DNA of 64,000 bases from a virus (lineage: Duplodnaviria > Caudoviricetes): positions 32,001 to 96,000 of the IMG/VR virus record IMGVR_UViG_3300037067_015039. One strand, given 5' to 3'. A model generated the notes under the pieces. That model was not told the origin of the DNA, searched no databases, and saw only the letters and a program-made list of their open reading frames with translations. Below are positions 53,408 to 63,383 of the stretch, in pieces. How positions within the stretch are numbered: position 1 is the stretch's first letter; each line of letters begins with the position of its first letter. Made by a program: the position numbers and the translations under genes.

Positions 53408-54170
53408 TCCTCCCTGCCTCCACCCACGTTGCCAGTTGAGATATTAGCCGATCATAAATGTGGGCCTGGTTTCTGTCTATCTGTTCATAGCACCTTTGGA
53501 TTACACCCATTAAAAAGGAGTTTCTGTTCTGTAATCGGCCGGCGCCATCATCCCTATATCCGGAAAGAAATTCCCGAAAGATCATGCATATTGCTTCGGT
53601 TTTCTTTTCAATGCCGGTTTCCATCTGGACCACTCTCAGAGCTTCGGTGAAGTCAAAATATTGGCTGCCGACAAAAGAAAGCATTTCGACAATGACTTCT
53701 TCTTGAGGATCTCTTTGCGCAGTAACGCCTTCCGTGATTGCAGATTTCACCCGCCGATGGAAAGTATCCCTGTCTTCTTCCAGAGCATGCGCAAAATAAT
53801 TATTTGGGATTACGCCGAAATGATTGTGGATTTTAACCAGGTCCCGGCATTTTGTAGGACCAATTTCACTTAAAACCTTATGATCGCAGTATCCAAGAGT
53901 CTGACCAATTCGAATCAGATCGTAATAATATTGCCTTGAGTGCGAGAATGTAGCCTCAACATATTGGCTTTCATCTTCGAACCCACGAATCTTCCAATAT
54001 CGATTCCGATGAGCTTCAAGCAGATTTAAGCAGAGAAGCATCATATTTTTCTCTACCGTCTGTTCTGCCTTGGCTTTCCATTCGAGAAGGCGATCAATTT
54101 CTTGAAGAACCTGATTGGCTCTGACTGGATCTATTACTTCTACCAGGGATTGTTCTTGGGCTTCTTCCAT
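53358..54170 (-). CDS. Hypothetical protein
   Basis: Colinear in replication operon. Confidence 0.7.
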   Translation of the reverse strand: MEEAQEQSLVEVIDPVRANQVLQEIDRLLEWKAKAEQTVEKNMMLLCLNLLEAHRNRYWKIRGFEDESQYVEATFSHSRQYYYDLIRIGQTLGYCDHKVLSEIGPTKCRDLVKIHNHFGVIPNNYFAHALEEDRDTFHRRVKSAITEGVTAQRDPQEEVIVEMLSFVGSQYFDFTEALRVVQMETGIEKKTEAICMIFREFLSGYRDDGAGRLQNRNSFLMGVIQRCYEQIDRNQAHIYDRLISQLATWVEAGRNAGTKLEGQAGQTIEA

Positions 54171-54681
54171 CGGGCGGTATCCCTTCCAGTAATTGTTCTA
54201 AACTTGGCAATGATAGCTTCTTTTGAAGCACATATTTTTCATAAGCCTTGGCTTCACTCAGAAATCCGAAAACCGGATCTCCTACTTTCCCCCGGCTGCG
54301 CCAACTGATTATGTGGAGCCGGGCAATTTCGCAATTTATTCCCACCATATCGCACAATACTTTAAACCATTGCTCTCCAAAAAGAACCCTTTTGGCATCC
54401 ATGCGAAGCTTGGCAGGGGTTTCTTTACAGAGATAATCTTTCTCTGCCCTTCTTACTATGTCGATCAGAATCCGGACCCTATGCGGAGTATCCAGATCAA
54501 GATCAAAAGGGAATGTCGTCGTCTGTGATAATTGGTCTTCCTGCTTTATCGAAGAGTTCGTCTGGTGTCCGAGTATCGGGTTTGATAGGAGAAGACTCTT
54601 TCGGGTATCTGTAGCCACCGGGATCGGCTGGCTGTGAATCGTATTGGCTTGGCGCTCCACCTTCATTTGCTGGTTGGGCAT
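54094..54681 (-). CDS. Hypothetical protein (true start probably near 54500)
   Basis: Fills gap between ssb and next gene. Confidence 0.45.
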   Translation of the reverse strand: MPNQQMKVERQANTIHSQPIPVATDTRKSLLLSNPILGHQTNSSIKQEDQLSQTTTFPFDLDLDTPHRVRILIDIVRRAEKDYLCKETPAKLRMDAKRVLFGEQWFKVLCDMVGINCEIARLHIISWRSRGKVGDPVFGFLSEAKAYEKYVLQKKLSLPSLEQLLEGIPPDGRSPRTIPGRSNRSSQSQSGSSRN

Positions 54682-55030
54682 CTTGTGACGGCCTTGCTCC
54701 GCCAGGGGCGGTGATTTCTCTTACGACAATCTCCGTGGCTGTTTTTTCGGATCCATCCCTTCCGGTATATTTCCGTACTTGGATTTCCCCTTGCACCACA
54801 ATAAACTGACCTTTTTTAAGATACTGATAACAGAATTCCGCCACTCTGTCAAAGCAAACGCAATTGATCCATGTCGTACTCTCTTTTGTTTCTCCTTCAG
54901 CATTTGCATAATTCCTGTTCACCGCAATGCTGAATGTTGCTCGGGATTTCTTCCCGGGCGCCGCCGCGCTCCCTTCCGGATCCCGGCCAAGGTGTCCTGT
55001 ACCAAACCATCTATTCTGATCGTTTGCCAT
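54503..55030 (-). CDS. ssb: Single-stranded DNA-binding protein
   Basis: GHLGRDPE, FSIAVNR, YLKKG, C-terminal DDDIPF. Confidence 0.95.
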   Translation of the reverse strand: MANDQNRWFGTGHLGRDPEGSAAAPGKKSRATFSIAVNRNYANAEGETKESTTWINCVCFDRVAEFCYQYLKKGQFIVVQGEIQVRKYTGRDGSEKTATEIVVREITAPGGARPSQDAQPANEGGAPSQYDSQPADPGGYRYPKESSPIKPDTRTPDELFDKAGRPIITDDDIPF

Positions 55031-55039
55031 TTTTATCTC

Positions 55040-57220
55040 CTATAGAATTTCCACAGTTCCATTTACAATATTAATCCTGCTATCGGCAAGATCCTTTAGC
55101 CTATCCTGGTGTGCAATAAAATACACTTTCAGGAAATGACCAATCTCTCGGGCGCGGCGAAGCATTTGGACATACCGCGGTGCGTTTTCATCATCTAAGG
55201 GGCCGGTAGTTTCATCCCGGAAAAGAGTCTGCCAAGCAATCCCCGATTTCATTTTATTGAAAATAGCAATTGCAAGGCTTACAGATTCAGCAATGACGAC
55301 TTGTTCGCCTCCTGAATATCCATCAATGCTTCCTTCCCGGCCTTTCTCGGAATCGATAACGATAATATCAAACTCGTCTTTATAGCTCACCCCATCATCT
55401 TTAAGCATTTGCGTAACAAATTTGATACTAAATCTTGGGCCAAAACAGGAGAACAAAAGATCATTGGCAATCCCGCTTACCGTGGGGCCAGCAGCGTCTA
55501 TCTCGAGTGATTGAATCCCATTTGGACCAAAGGCTTCAATAAGGAGATTCCAATCCTTTTGATCTGCCTCAAGATCGGCAATTGCTACTTTAACCGGGAT
55601 TAATTTTTTCTGATTATCTTCGATAGTTTTTTTGAGAGATTCCGCTTGGGTTATTTCTCTATTAATTCGGCTGATGTCGGATTCCAGTTTGCTTTTAGAG
55701 GACTTGGCAGTATCAAGATCCAATTGAACTTTAGTGAGTTCTCTCTGCGCCGTCGTCACCATTGCCCCTTCAGCCCTAGCGGCCGTTATAGCTGTTTCCG
55801 CCTGGCGCAAACCTTCTTCTGCTGCGATTATCTGTTCTTTTATTTCTTCCAGTTTGGCTTTTGCCTGTTCAATTTGTCCGGCATCCGCAGTTATATTTTC
55901 GAGGGCTTTAATCCTTTCATCAATAATGGATATGTTACCTTCCAATTCCCTGATTGGGGCATCGTAATTAGTCAGAGCTTCGATGTTTGGTTTAGGAATA
56001 AGCTTTTGGTCATCCTGAATCTTAAGCATGGCTTGTCTTATATTAAGAGAATCCACATTCAATTTATCAAGATTTTCTTTCGCTTCGATGGCGCGAATAA
56101 GGAACTGGCAGTTTGCGAAATCGCCTTCCGCTTTGCATGGAACCTCATCGATAGTGGAGGCAGCTATTTGGGAATCGGCAATTGATTTATCGCAAAGCTT
56201 TTTATTGCCTTGATGCTTTAACCATTGCTCCCGAAGAGTATTTACTTGCTTATCGTATTCCTCTTTCTGTAATTGCAATTCACGGCGCTGGACTGTGGCT
56301 TGAGTTAAAATTTTTCTAACCTGCTGTTGCTCTGCGCGTTTATCCTCAAATTCCTTTGCAGCCGTCGCTACTTTGTCTTGATTTTCGAGGAGTATATTAT
56401 TTGCTTTCAACCTTGATTTCAGGACCGCAAGTTTATCTGTAAACCCGGTTGACTTTGCAGTTTCTTGTAAAATCCGATCTTGAATAGGTTTTTGATTAGC
56501 TACTTTAGTTTTAAGTATTCCAAGCAGCTCCAAAAGTCTGGTCATTTCTTTATCGAAATTGAGGTACGAAGCTTCATAAGCAGTCAAACATTCCTTTAAT
56601 TGATTAATATCGGGAATGTCCCTTTTCATTTGATCTTCGATCGCGCTGGCCTCAGCCCTCTTGGTTGCGAGTTCATTGCTGCATTTCTTATATTCCTTGC
56701 GGAATTCCTCTGTAACAACTTGGAGGAGAGCCAGGTTGAGCATTTCAATGAATAGGGATTTACGATCGATCTTGGCTAATTTAATAAAACTGCCTCGCTT
56801 ATTTTGAGACGCAAAAGAACTTGCTAAGATCATGCTGGCATTGCCAAAAAGCTTTTCTGCCACGGCATCAAAATCTTTTGTCTTTCCTGTAATTCCTGGA
56901 AGTGGATTGTGTTGGCCATCATAAAGGAAGGCTTCCATCTTCGAATAAACCGAGTCAATATTCACTACCGCTTCATAAGGCTGATTGTGCCAATCGAATT
57001 TAAAATCGACCATAGCATCCCGGCCGACGCAGAATTCGTAAACGGCCGGCCTCGATGGGAACATCCGGTAAAGGGAGAGGTATATTGATTCCATAAGGGA
57101 CGTTTTCCCCTGCCCATTCTTCCCGGTAATGGCAATTAGATTCCCAGGTATTGCCTTGAAATCCACACAAACATCTTTGAGGACAGTGACGCCCCGGACT
57201 TTTAATTCAACTGGTATCAT
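55040..57220 (-). CDS. sbcC: SbcC/Rad50-like ATPase
   Basis: GKNGQGKT, coiled coil, YSGGE, LFRDE, IAH. Confidence 0.9.
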   Translation of the reverse strand: MIPVELKVRGVTVLKDVCVDFKAIPGNLIAITGKNGQGKTSLMESIYLSLYRMFPSRPAVYEFCVGRDAMVDFKFDWHNQPYEAVVNIDSVYSKMEAFLYDGQHNPLPGITGKTKDFDAVAEKLFGNASMILASSFASQNKRGSFIKLAKIDRKSLFIEMLNLALLQVVTEEFRKEYKKCSNELATKRAEASAIEDQMKRDIPDINQLKECLTAYEASYLNFDKEMTRLLELLGILKTKVANQKPIQDRILQETAKSTGFTDKLAVLKSRLKANNILLENQDKVATAAKEFEDKRAEQQQVRKILTQATVQRRELQLQKEEYDKQVNTLREQWLKHQGNKKLCDKSIADSQIAASTIDEVPCKAEGDFANCQFLIRAIEAKENLDKLNVDSLNIRQAMLKIQDDQKLIPKPNIEALTNYDAPIRELEGNISIIDERIKALENITADAGQIEQAKAKLEEIKEQIIAAEEGLRQAETAITAARAEGAMVTTAQRELTKVQLDLDTAKSSKSKLESDISRINREITQAESLKKTIEDNQKKLIPVKVAIADLEADQKDWNLLIEAFGPNGIQSLEIDAAGPTVSGIANDLLFSCFGPRFSIKFVTQMLKDDGVSYKDEFDIIVIDSEKGREGSIDGYSGGEQVVIAESVSLAIAIFNKMKSGIAWQTLFRDETTGPLDDENAPRYVQMLRRAREIGHFLKVYFIAHQDRLKDLADSRINIVNGTVEIL

Positions 57221-57498
57221 AGTTCTCTCCTTGTAACCTTCCCATTATCTTCCGGATACCAGAAGACAAAATCCGGGCCTATTGATTCTTGGATTCGTTC
57301 TATATCTTTCATGAAAAAGCCATTCCTTAATCCGATCAGTCTGGCATATCCCCATACAACAACTTTGTCTCCGTCTTCTTCGTAATATCCCCCCGACCTC
57401 CCACAATCACAGAACCGTCGATCCGGTTTACCATCACGAAAACTACGGAGCTTTATAACGTCATGGCATTTTTGGCAGAATATGAGTTTCATCGGCAC
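57217..57498 (-). CDS. Hypothetical phage protein
   Basis: CQKC...CDCG; ATGA overlap. Confidence 0.65.
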   Translation of the reverse strand: MPMKLIFCQKCHDVIKLRSFRDGKPDRRFCDCGRSGGYYEEDGDKVVVWGYARLIGLRNGFFMKDIERIQESIGPDFVFWYPEDNGKVTRREL

Positions 57499-58637
57499 CT
57501 TTGCTCAATAATTGACAATTTGTTTTTCATTCTAATAACTGTGGCTTCATCAGGAAGCTTATTTGTGGCCTTCCAGAAGACATCAAGCTTCTCCTCGAGG
57601 GATTCAGCTTTAGAGATCTCAACAGAACGGACCAATTCTTTGGGCCTCACCTGTGGATCGATTTTTACTTCAAGGGCGCCAGCCTCTAGGAGAATCTTTT
57701 CAAGTTCTTCCTTGGCATGAGCGAGGTTGGCTCCCTCTTCAATTTGCAAAAGAGCACGGACCCGGGCACCTTTGGCCCTGGTTTTCATTTCCCCGTATTG
57801 CTCTGGAGTCATTGATAGTTGGAGTGGCCAAATGCATTCGATGCTGAACCTGTCCACAGTCTGAAGTTTATACCATTCCGTGCAGCCGGTCATAGTATCG
57901 AGAATAGCGCAGAATTTATCTGGATTTTCCCCATAATCCATGGCGGCCGGAGATCCAGGATAGAAGAACCTGTTTGTCGCATCGAGGTTTTGACCAAGAT
58001 GAATATGTCCGAAAATGCCGGCATAAAGTCCAGATTCAGTGAGATCGTATTGCCCGAAGCTTATTCCTTCTCCTATGAGAGGCTGATGATTCTGAGCCAA
58101 AGCTCCCTCAACCAGGAGATGACTTATCAGGATATTTTTGACGTTCGGATTTTTGGCCTTTTCAAGAATCACATTGTTTTTCACATACTGCAAAGCCATT
58201 TGGGAAACAGTTTTGTCTCCCTCTTCTTTAGACGCCCCAATGTGATGAGACTGCCACGTGGCTTTCGTAAACCAGGGCAAAAGGTGGAATGTTATTTGTT
58301 CGAATTGCGGATCTTGTGGAGGCCAATGGATATAAGGCTTATCCACTAATATTATCCCGTTTTTAAGATCAAGATGGCCAAAGATATTGAGATCGCCAGG
58401 CTGATCATGATTTCCTGTGCAGGCGACCACCGGAGCGACGGTACACATCTCCTGTATAAGCATTCGCAAGAGATTGCGACCGTCTGCCGCGCTTTTATGG
58501 TCAAAGAAATCCCCCGGGAGGGCGATATAATCAACTTTCTGCTCCCGGAAAATTTTCACAATTTGTAGAACTGAGGCTTCGATATCGGCGTCCATACCGT
58601 CACCAATATGCCAGTCTGCTGTTGAACCAATCCTCAT
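57489..58637 (-). CDS. sbcD: SbcD/Mre11-like metallophosphoesterase nuclease
   Basis: ADWHIG, GDFFD, GNHD, GHIH, YPGS. Confidence 0.9.
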   Translation of the reverse strand: MRIGSTADWHIGDGMDADIEASVLQIVKIFREQKVDYIALPGDFFDHKSAADGRNLLRMLIQEMCTVAPVVACTGNHDQPGDLNIFGHLDLKNGIILVDKPYIHWPPQDPQFEQITFHLLPWFTKATWQSHHIGASKEEGDKTVSQMALQYVKNNVILEKAKNPNVKNILISHLLVEGALAQNHQPLIGEGISFGQYDLTESGLYAGIFGHIHLGQNLDATNRFFYPGSPAAMDYGENPDKFCAILDTMTGCTEWYKLQTVDRFSIECIWPLQLSMTPEQYGEMKTRAKGARVRALLQIEEGANLAHAKEELEKILLEAGALEVKIDPQVRPKELVRSVEISKAESLEEKLDVFWKATNKLPDEATVIRMKNKLSIIEQRCR

Positions 58638-59008
58638 AATTTTCTTGCCTCTGCGAATTGTTCATCGGTGAGAAATTGCCTAAATGTCAATGATGGATAA
58701 GCATCGGCAATTTCAAGAAAAGTCGTATACCTGCGTTGTGATTTTGTTCTTGCGGGGCGTCTAGGTCTATTGATAATTGCCCACTCCCTACCAGTTTTAG
58801 TAACGGAAAACAAACGGTCTTTACTATCGAAACATTTGGGAGTTGGAAATTCCTCCATCATCCCCATAGCTACTAACTCTAATATTTCAGGCATATCAGA
58901 ATGGCCGTCACCTGCAACGAAGTGATTTCTGTAAGGCTCAACAATATCATCCCTATCCAGTCCAAGAGCATGTAAAACTATGTGTAATTTGTTATCCGAA
59001 CTGCCCAT
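58634..59008 (-). CDS. Hypothetical phage protein
   Basis: HALGL...YRNHFVA; ATGA overlap. Confidence 0.7.
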   Translation of the reverse strand: MGSSDNKLHIVLHALGLDRDDIVEPYRNHFVAGDGHSDMPEILELVAMGMMEEFPTPKCFDSKDRLFSVTKTGREWAIINRPRRPARTKSQRRYTTFLEIADAYPSLTFRQFLTDEQFAEARKL

Positions 59009-59034
59009 TATTCCCCTCTTTATATACTAACTTC

Positions 59035-59283
59035 CTAATTGTTCTTCTTTTTTGCGGCGCATTTGCTCTCAACTATGCCCACTCTTTCCAATAATAATAA
59101 TGCGAAGTTACGCGCTTGAGCCGGTGAAAAAATGATATGTCCAACTCCGTTTTCATCTGGATGAAGATCAGGATGGTTGATGACAATCTCACCATTTTCG
59201 TTATGTCCGACTTCCAAAACTCCTTCAAGTTTATCAACCATTTTATCCTCCAGGTTAGTTTCTTTTTTCCCATTGGCGCACAA
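59035..59283 (-). CDS. Hypothetical protein (likely start MVDKLE)
   Basis: GGAGG RBS. Confidence 0.55.
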   Translation of the reverse strand: MCANGKKETNLEDKMVDKLEGVLEVGHNENGEIVINHPDLHPDENGVGHIIFSPAQARNFALLLLERVGIVESKCAAKKKNN

Positions 59284-59326
59284 CTGTCCTTACTTTATCG
59301 GACGCCATATAAGACTCTAAAAAATA

Positions 59327-60379
59327 TTACTGAATATCAGGAAGATTGGAGAAAGCATCTTCGATGGCTTGCAATTCACCATCATTAAGCTCTGAGAGTC
59401 CAGGGCGCCCAGGAGACAATTCCTCTCGGGGTTTGCCTTTTTTAGAAAGGTAGAGCTTGGCGATTCTCTCAACTTGAGCATCACGCTGTTTCCAATATTC
59501 TCTCTCTGCTATTTCATCGGGTTCCAATTCATCAAGTGGGACCGTGTTTGCAGGTGGAAGCGCAACTGGAGGCATCGGCTCCGGCAGTTGAGGATTTTGC
59601 GCGGCTTCAATGGCGCTGGCAGTATCGGCCTCCAGCTTCATGACTTTAAACAATTCGTTCTCAATGCCCATCTGCTTTGCAGCCATGATGGTAAGCAATT
59701 TGTTTTTAATGGCGGGATCGATCGCATCAATATTGAACGCCATGCGTAAAACTACGAAAGGCTTATCCAGTTCCTCTGGATAATAGCTGGTTTGGACTCC
59801 GAGAAGTCCTCGAAGAACACGCAGTTTAGCCTTCGTCATTGTCTGCTGTTCGATATTTTGGCGTAGTTTTGCTAATTGATCCGGATGGCTTATCATTCCC
59901 AAAACCTGGGGGGAATCTTCGCGGAGATCATAACCAAATCCATCACTCTGAGACCGGATTTGACCATCGATGTCACGAATATAACCCGTTGCCTGATACC
60001 GGCATACGTGGGAATCTTTCCCATCATCCACTCGATGAATTGTTGAGGATCCAGTTTTAGGATCTTCCCAGGAAACGCCGGCAAGTTGTTCCAGGCGCCA
60101 TAATCCAATCTTTGTCAGACCAACTTTCCTGGTTCCTTTGATCGGATAAAGTTCCTGGTCTACATATTCTCCCTTGTCGTTTTGTTTTCTACTGATCGTG
60201 TAGGAATGAATAAAAACATTCCATCCCTGCGGAAGATAAGGAACAGCAGATCGACAAAAAGGAGTTAAGATGTGGGCTCTATCCCGGGCTGCCATGAGTT
60301 CTTGTTGAACTGTTTCTAGATCGTGGGTGACAATACTGCGGAGTGCTAAAGACTGATTTACTGCCATAATACCCTCCAA
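59327..60379 (-). CDS. Hypothetical protein, possible ssDNA-annealing recombinase
   Basis: First gene of the SbcCD/SSB operon; function inferred from position. Confidence 0.5.
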   Translation of the reverse strand: MEGIMAVNQSLALRSIVTHDLETVQQELMAARDRAHILTPFCRSAVPYLPQGWNVFIHSYTISRKQNDKGEYVDQELYPIKGTRKVGLTKIGLWRLEQLAGVSWEDPKTGSSTIHRVDDGKDSHVCRYQATGYIRDIDGQIRSQSDGFGYDLREDSPQVLGMISHPDQLAKLRQNIEQQTMTKAKLRVLRGLLGVQTSYYPEELDKPFVVLRMAFNIDAIDPAIKNKLLTIMAAKQMGIENELFKVMKLEADTASAIEAAQNPQLPEPMPPVALPPANTVPLDELEPDEIAEREYWKQRDAQVERIAKLYLSKKGKPREELSPGRPGLSELNDGELQAIEDAFSNLPDIQ

Positions 60380-60438
60380 TTGAATGCTTCTATTATTCTC
60401 CAGGGACTTCCATAATCTCCAGAGGGCTTTGATGAGTC

Positions 60439-60468
60439 ACTATAGATTTTTAGTTATGATAATGTCAA
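60439..60468 (-). promoter_or_regulatory. Sigma70-type promoter for recombination/replication operon
   Basis: TTGACA-18 nt-TATAGT. Confidence 0.55.
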
Positions 60469-60470
60469 TG

Positions 60471-60527
60471 CAAAAAAATGCCGCTCTCCGGATTCGGGCG
60501 AGGACCAGAGAGCGGCTCTACGGGTTC
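60471..60527 (-). terminator. Rho-independent terminator
   Basis: GCCGCTCTC/GAGAGCGGC stem followed by U-tract on minus strand. Confidence 0.55.
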
Positions 60528-60575
60528 AATGAAACACAAAGAAATAATTATAACCCAATCATAACTTATGGCACA

Positions 60576-60622
60576 AATAAAAAAGCCCGTTCAATCACAT
60601 TCTGGTAAGATTGAACGGGCTT
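60576..60622 (-). terminator. Rho-independent terminator
   Basis: AAGCCCGTTCAATC/GATTGAACGGGCTT stem, U-tract. Confidence 0.7.
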
Positions 60623-60643
60623 CCCCGAAACGAACCACTATTA

Positions 60644-60970
60644 TTACAGTGGTTCGACTGGTTCGGTCTGAACTGGATTATCGACATCTGAAATCTGAGA
60701 GGCTACTTGCGCCAACGATGCCACTCGAACTTTCAGAGCGTTCATCGCCTCAAGTACTTCCGCTGGAGTCTCAGTGCTCTGAGCTTTAATTCTTTCGATA
60801 TCGGCCTGAATTTCGGTCAGCTCCGTTCCGATGGTGTCCAAACCGGCGTTTACTGTGGTTTTAAATTCATTAAAATCTTCCGTTAATCCCATAAGGCGCT
60901 CCTTAATTTCGTTAATTTCAGAAGATATTTTACCAGAAAATATCTCAATAAGATTCTTAAAAAATTTCAT
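60644..60970 (-). CDS. Coiled-coil hypothetical protein
   Basis: ATG directly abuts CRISPR-like repeat. Confidence 0.65.
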   Translation of the reverse strand: MKFFKNLIEIFSGKISSEINEIKERLMGLTEDFNEFKTTVNAGLDTIGTELTEIQADIERIKAQSTETPAEVLEAMNALKVRVASLAQVASQISDVDNPVQTEPVEPL

Positions 60971-61003
60971 ATTTCAATCCACGCTCCCAGATAGGGAGGC
61001 GAT
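60971..61003 (-). CRISPR. Solitary type I-C-like CRISPR repeat
   Basis: ATCGCCTCCCTATCTGGGAGCGTGGATTGAAAT. Confidence 0.7.
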
Positions 61004-61010
61004 ATAAAAT

Positions 61011-61613
61011 CTACTTCGTATTAAATGAACGGAGGGTACTTTCGATGGTTTTATCTCCGCACCCGCTTTGAGCTTTATAAAAATAATGTGTCCTGGGAGC
61101 CAATCCGGAAATTACGGCCAAGTGATCTGTCGTTCCAAGATTATTCGCCTTCACCGCGAACAATCGAGCCGGCTCGGTCCCATAAAGTACCGTGCCACTG
61201 CAATCAACCGTTGTCACCCAAACGATTGTGGCTGTCGTTGCGGTCACAGAAGAAACTGACAGTTGGGTAATGTCTGGTCCGGAATTTATGACTAAATTAA
61301 CCGATTGGGTGCCGGATTGAATCGTTGCGGCCACTTCATTTGAGAAGTCGCTCTCCTCGCCAGCGTCATTTGTTGCGGTAACAGCGAAATAATAGGCTCC
61401 GGGAGCCAGCCCGGTTACTGTGTAAGTGGTTTGATTGGGGATCGTGATTGGTCCGCTATAAGTGCGAGGGGCCTGACCTACATAAACTTTGTAGCCAGAA
61501 ACGTCGGGGGATGCACTGGGGTCCCAGGCCAGTGAAACCTCGGCGCAGAAAGCCATGGGAAGTAAGCAGGACAACAAAATAAGGGCGATCAAACTTCTCA
61601 TGGCTTTATGCAT
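61011..61613 (-). CDS. Secreted protein with two fibronectin type III domains
   Basis: Signal peptide; LAWDPS...GYKVY...VTGLAPG.YYFAVTA; ISGLAPRTHYFY. Confidence 0.85.
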   Translation of the reverse strand: MHKAMRSLIALILLSCLLPMAFCAEVSLAWDPSASPDVSGYKVYVGQAPRTYSGPITIPNQTTYTVTGLAPGAYYFAVTATNDAGEESDFSNEVAATIQSGTQSVNLVINSGPDITQLSVSSVTATTATIVWVTTVDCSGTVLYGTEPARLFAVKANNLGTTDHLAVISGLAPRTHYFYKAQSGCGDKTIESTLRSFNTK

Positions 61614-61614
61614 A

Positions 61615-61830
61615 TTACGCTCCCGGATGATCTTTATGCCATTGTTCAATCTCTGCGAGATTTTCGGCAAAGGCATCGCCAGCTTGCATCTGGAAATCTC
61701 CGATTGTCATATTCGGATCGGCATCTTTGAGCATGTTAATTATTTTCAAGATGCCCGGTAATGCTGTGCTGGCAAAATTGAGGACATCCAGCGTCATTTG
61801 CATCGAGTCTTTCGGTTGTCCGATTGTCAT
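61615..61830 (-). CDS. Hypothetical protein
   Basis: AGGAGG RBS. Confidence 0.6.
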   Translation of the reverse strand: MTIGQPKDSMQMTLDVLNFASTALPGILKIINMLKDADPNMTIGDFQMQAGDAFAENLAEIEQWHKDHPGA

Positions 61831-61831
61831 A

Positions 61832-62284
61832 TCAGCCTCCTGATACCTGAGAGATTACCACAATTGAAGATATTGTAGTCCTCAGCAGAATGAATCCGCC
61901 CTCAATTTTCTGTTTTAGCGCCGGATCTTTTATGGCCAGTACGAATTCAATTTTTGTCGGATCCAGAGAATCGCTTACAGGTATCAATAGGGCCATGATT
62001 TTCTTCCGGCTTTCAGGGTCAAGCTTCTGGATGGCACCCAGGACCGAATTAACTTGCTGGCCTGCCACGTTGGCCCGAGCGCATATGTCCAGCGCCTTGC
62101 CGGCGTTTTCCTCCGAAATGAATTTCGCCTTTTCGGCTGCTATAATATTTTTCTGCACTTCAGTCAATGTGGTCGCATAGATCGCCATCGACTTAGACAC
62201 TTTCAACAGGTCGTTGTCGCTGCATGCTGACATGCACAGGACAAGACTCATGATCAAAACAGCCATTGTTGCGTTACGTCTCAT
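61832..62284 (-). CDS. Lipoprotein (possible spanin)
   Basis: Signal peptide with lipobox MSAC; lysis-region context. Confidence 0.65.
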   Translation of the reverse strand: MRRNATMAVLIMSLVLCMSACSDNDLLKVSKSMAIYATTLTEVQKNIIAAEKAKFISEENAGKALDICARANVAGQQVNSVLGAIQKLDPESRKKIMALLIPVSDSLDPTKIEFVLAIKDPALKQKIEGGFILLRTTISSIVVISQVSGG

Positions 62285-62295
62285 ACCTATTCTCC

Positions 62296-62577
62296 TTATT
62301 CTTGATTAATACTTGGTTTGACTGATTCTACCACAGGAGGCTTCGGATTTTGAGTATTAGGATCGGATTCATTTGTGACTCCAGTCCCAAATATCCCAAT
62401 ATTTTTGATCATATTCGCAAACACATTGTTTGCGAGTCCTAAGAATAATCCACCGATCGCGGCCGGAGTTAAGGCAACGCCCCAATTACCAAGAGTCATG
62501 CACCATGCTCCTATAGAGAGGCACAGAGACATGATAAAGAGGAGTTTCCTTCGATCGGACAGGAGTTGAGCTTTCAT
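62296..62577 (-). CDS. Holin-like membrane protein
   Basis: 2 TM, GGAGG RBS, lysis context. Confidence 0.5.
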   Translation of the reverse strand: MKAQLLSDRRKLLFIMSLCLSIGAWCMTLGNWGVALTPAAIGGLFLGLANNVFANMIKNIGIFGTGVTNESDPNTQNPKPPVVESVKPSINQE

Positions 62578-62963
62578 AATTTCCTCCAGACAAACCGGAT
62601 AGTCCAATACGAATCGACATAATCCCGTCGAACCCCAAGGGCAAACAGTTTCTTGCCCTTGGTTAAGAGCGCGAAATGGATTGGCCAGCTAAGGCACCAT
62701 GTACCGGGTACAGGAACGTCTTGATGATGATCTTTAGGATTAGATCCCATCAATTGTGCCGGCTCTCGGCCGCCGACAAAAGCGGTAAGCCTCCTTGAAA
62801 TCCATCGCAGAAACGGCCACCAGTCGGCATGGGTTTGCCGCAGAATGAGTGGAAGGTTACTTTTTGGAACCAGCACTGCCCATTTGAGTCCCCAGGTGAT
62901 CAGGGAGAGCGCAAACAGCAGAACGAGGAACCCAATAATCAAAAGCGTTATTCCGATAAACAT
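62574..62963 (-). CDS. Membrane-anchored hypothetical protein
   Basis: N-terminal TM; ATGA overlap. Confidence 0.55.
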   Translation of the reverse strand: MFIGITLLIIGFLVLLFALSLITWGLKWAVLVPKSNLPLILRQTHADWWPFLRWISRRLTAFVGGREPAQLMGSNPKDHHQDVPVPGTWCLSWPIHFALLTKGKKLFALGVRRDYVDSYWTIRFVWRKL

Positions 62964-62970
62964 AAAGATC

Positions 62971-63375
62971 CTATTCTTCGATGATCAGATAGAACTGATC
63001 TAGGTTGCCGTACTTCTTCATAAACTCATCAAACCCGCCGCCATTTCCGCAGTGTAGGATCGCCGGCGCACCATCCATCACTCCGAATTCCTCTCCAACC
63101 GCGATACATCCATCCAGTTGCATTTCCTTGTTGGCCTTGTGGAATAATATCCGGTCGTGGCCTTCGACCTGGATCTCAAATGTTGGATAGCCACCTTTAT
63201 TGTAAAAGTCTTTTTTACAAAGAACCCGAACTCCTACAGGAATCTTTGTGATCTGCTTCCCATCCACTAAATATGTCCGCTCCAATGTGAGGGCAAAGGG
63301 AATGCGATCTTCCCCCATCATGACGCCGAAGGCACCCGGATCCACTACGGACACATGCTTTATAAAAAGGTCCAT
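62971..63375 (-). CDS. DUF5675-family protein (putative endolysin)
   Basis: TLER...IPVG...RILFHKAN..QLDGCIAVG. Confidence 0.75.
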   Translation of the reverse strand: MDLFIKHVSVVDPGAFGVMMGEDRIPFALTLERTYLVDGKQITKIPVGVRVLCKKDFYNKGGYPTFEIQVEGHDRILFHKANKEMQLDGCIAVGEEFGVMDGAPAILHCGNGGGFDEFMKKYGNLDQFYLIIEE

Positions 63376-63383
63376 GATATCCC

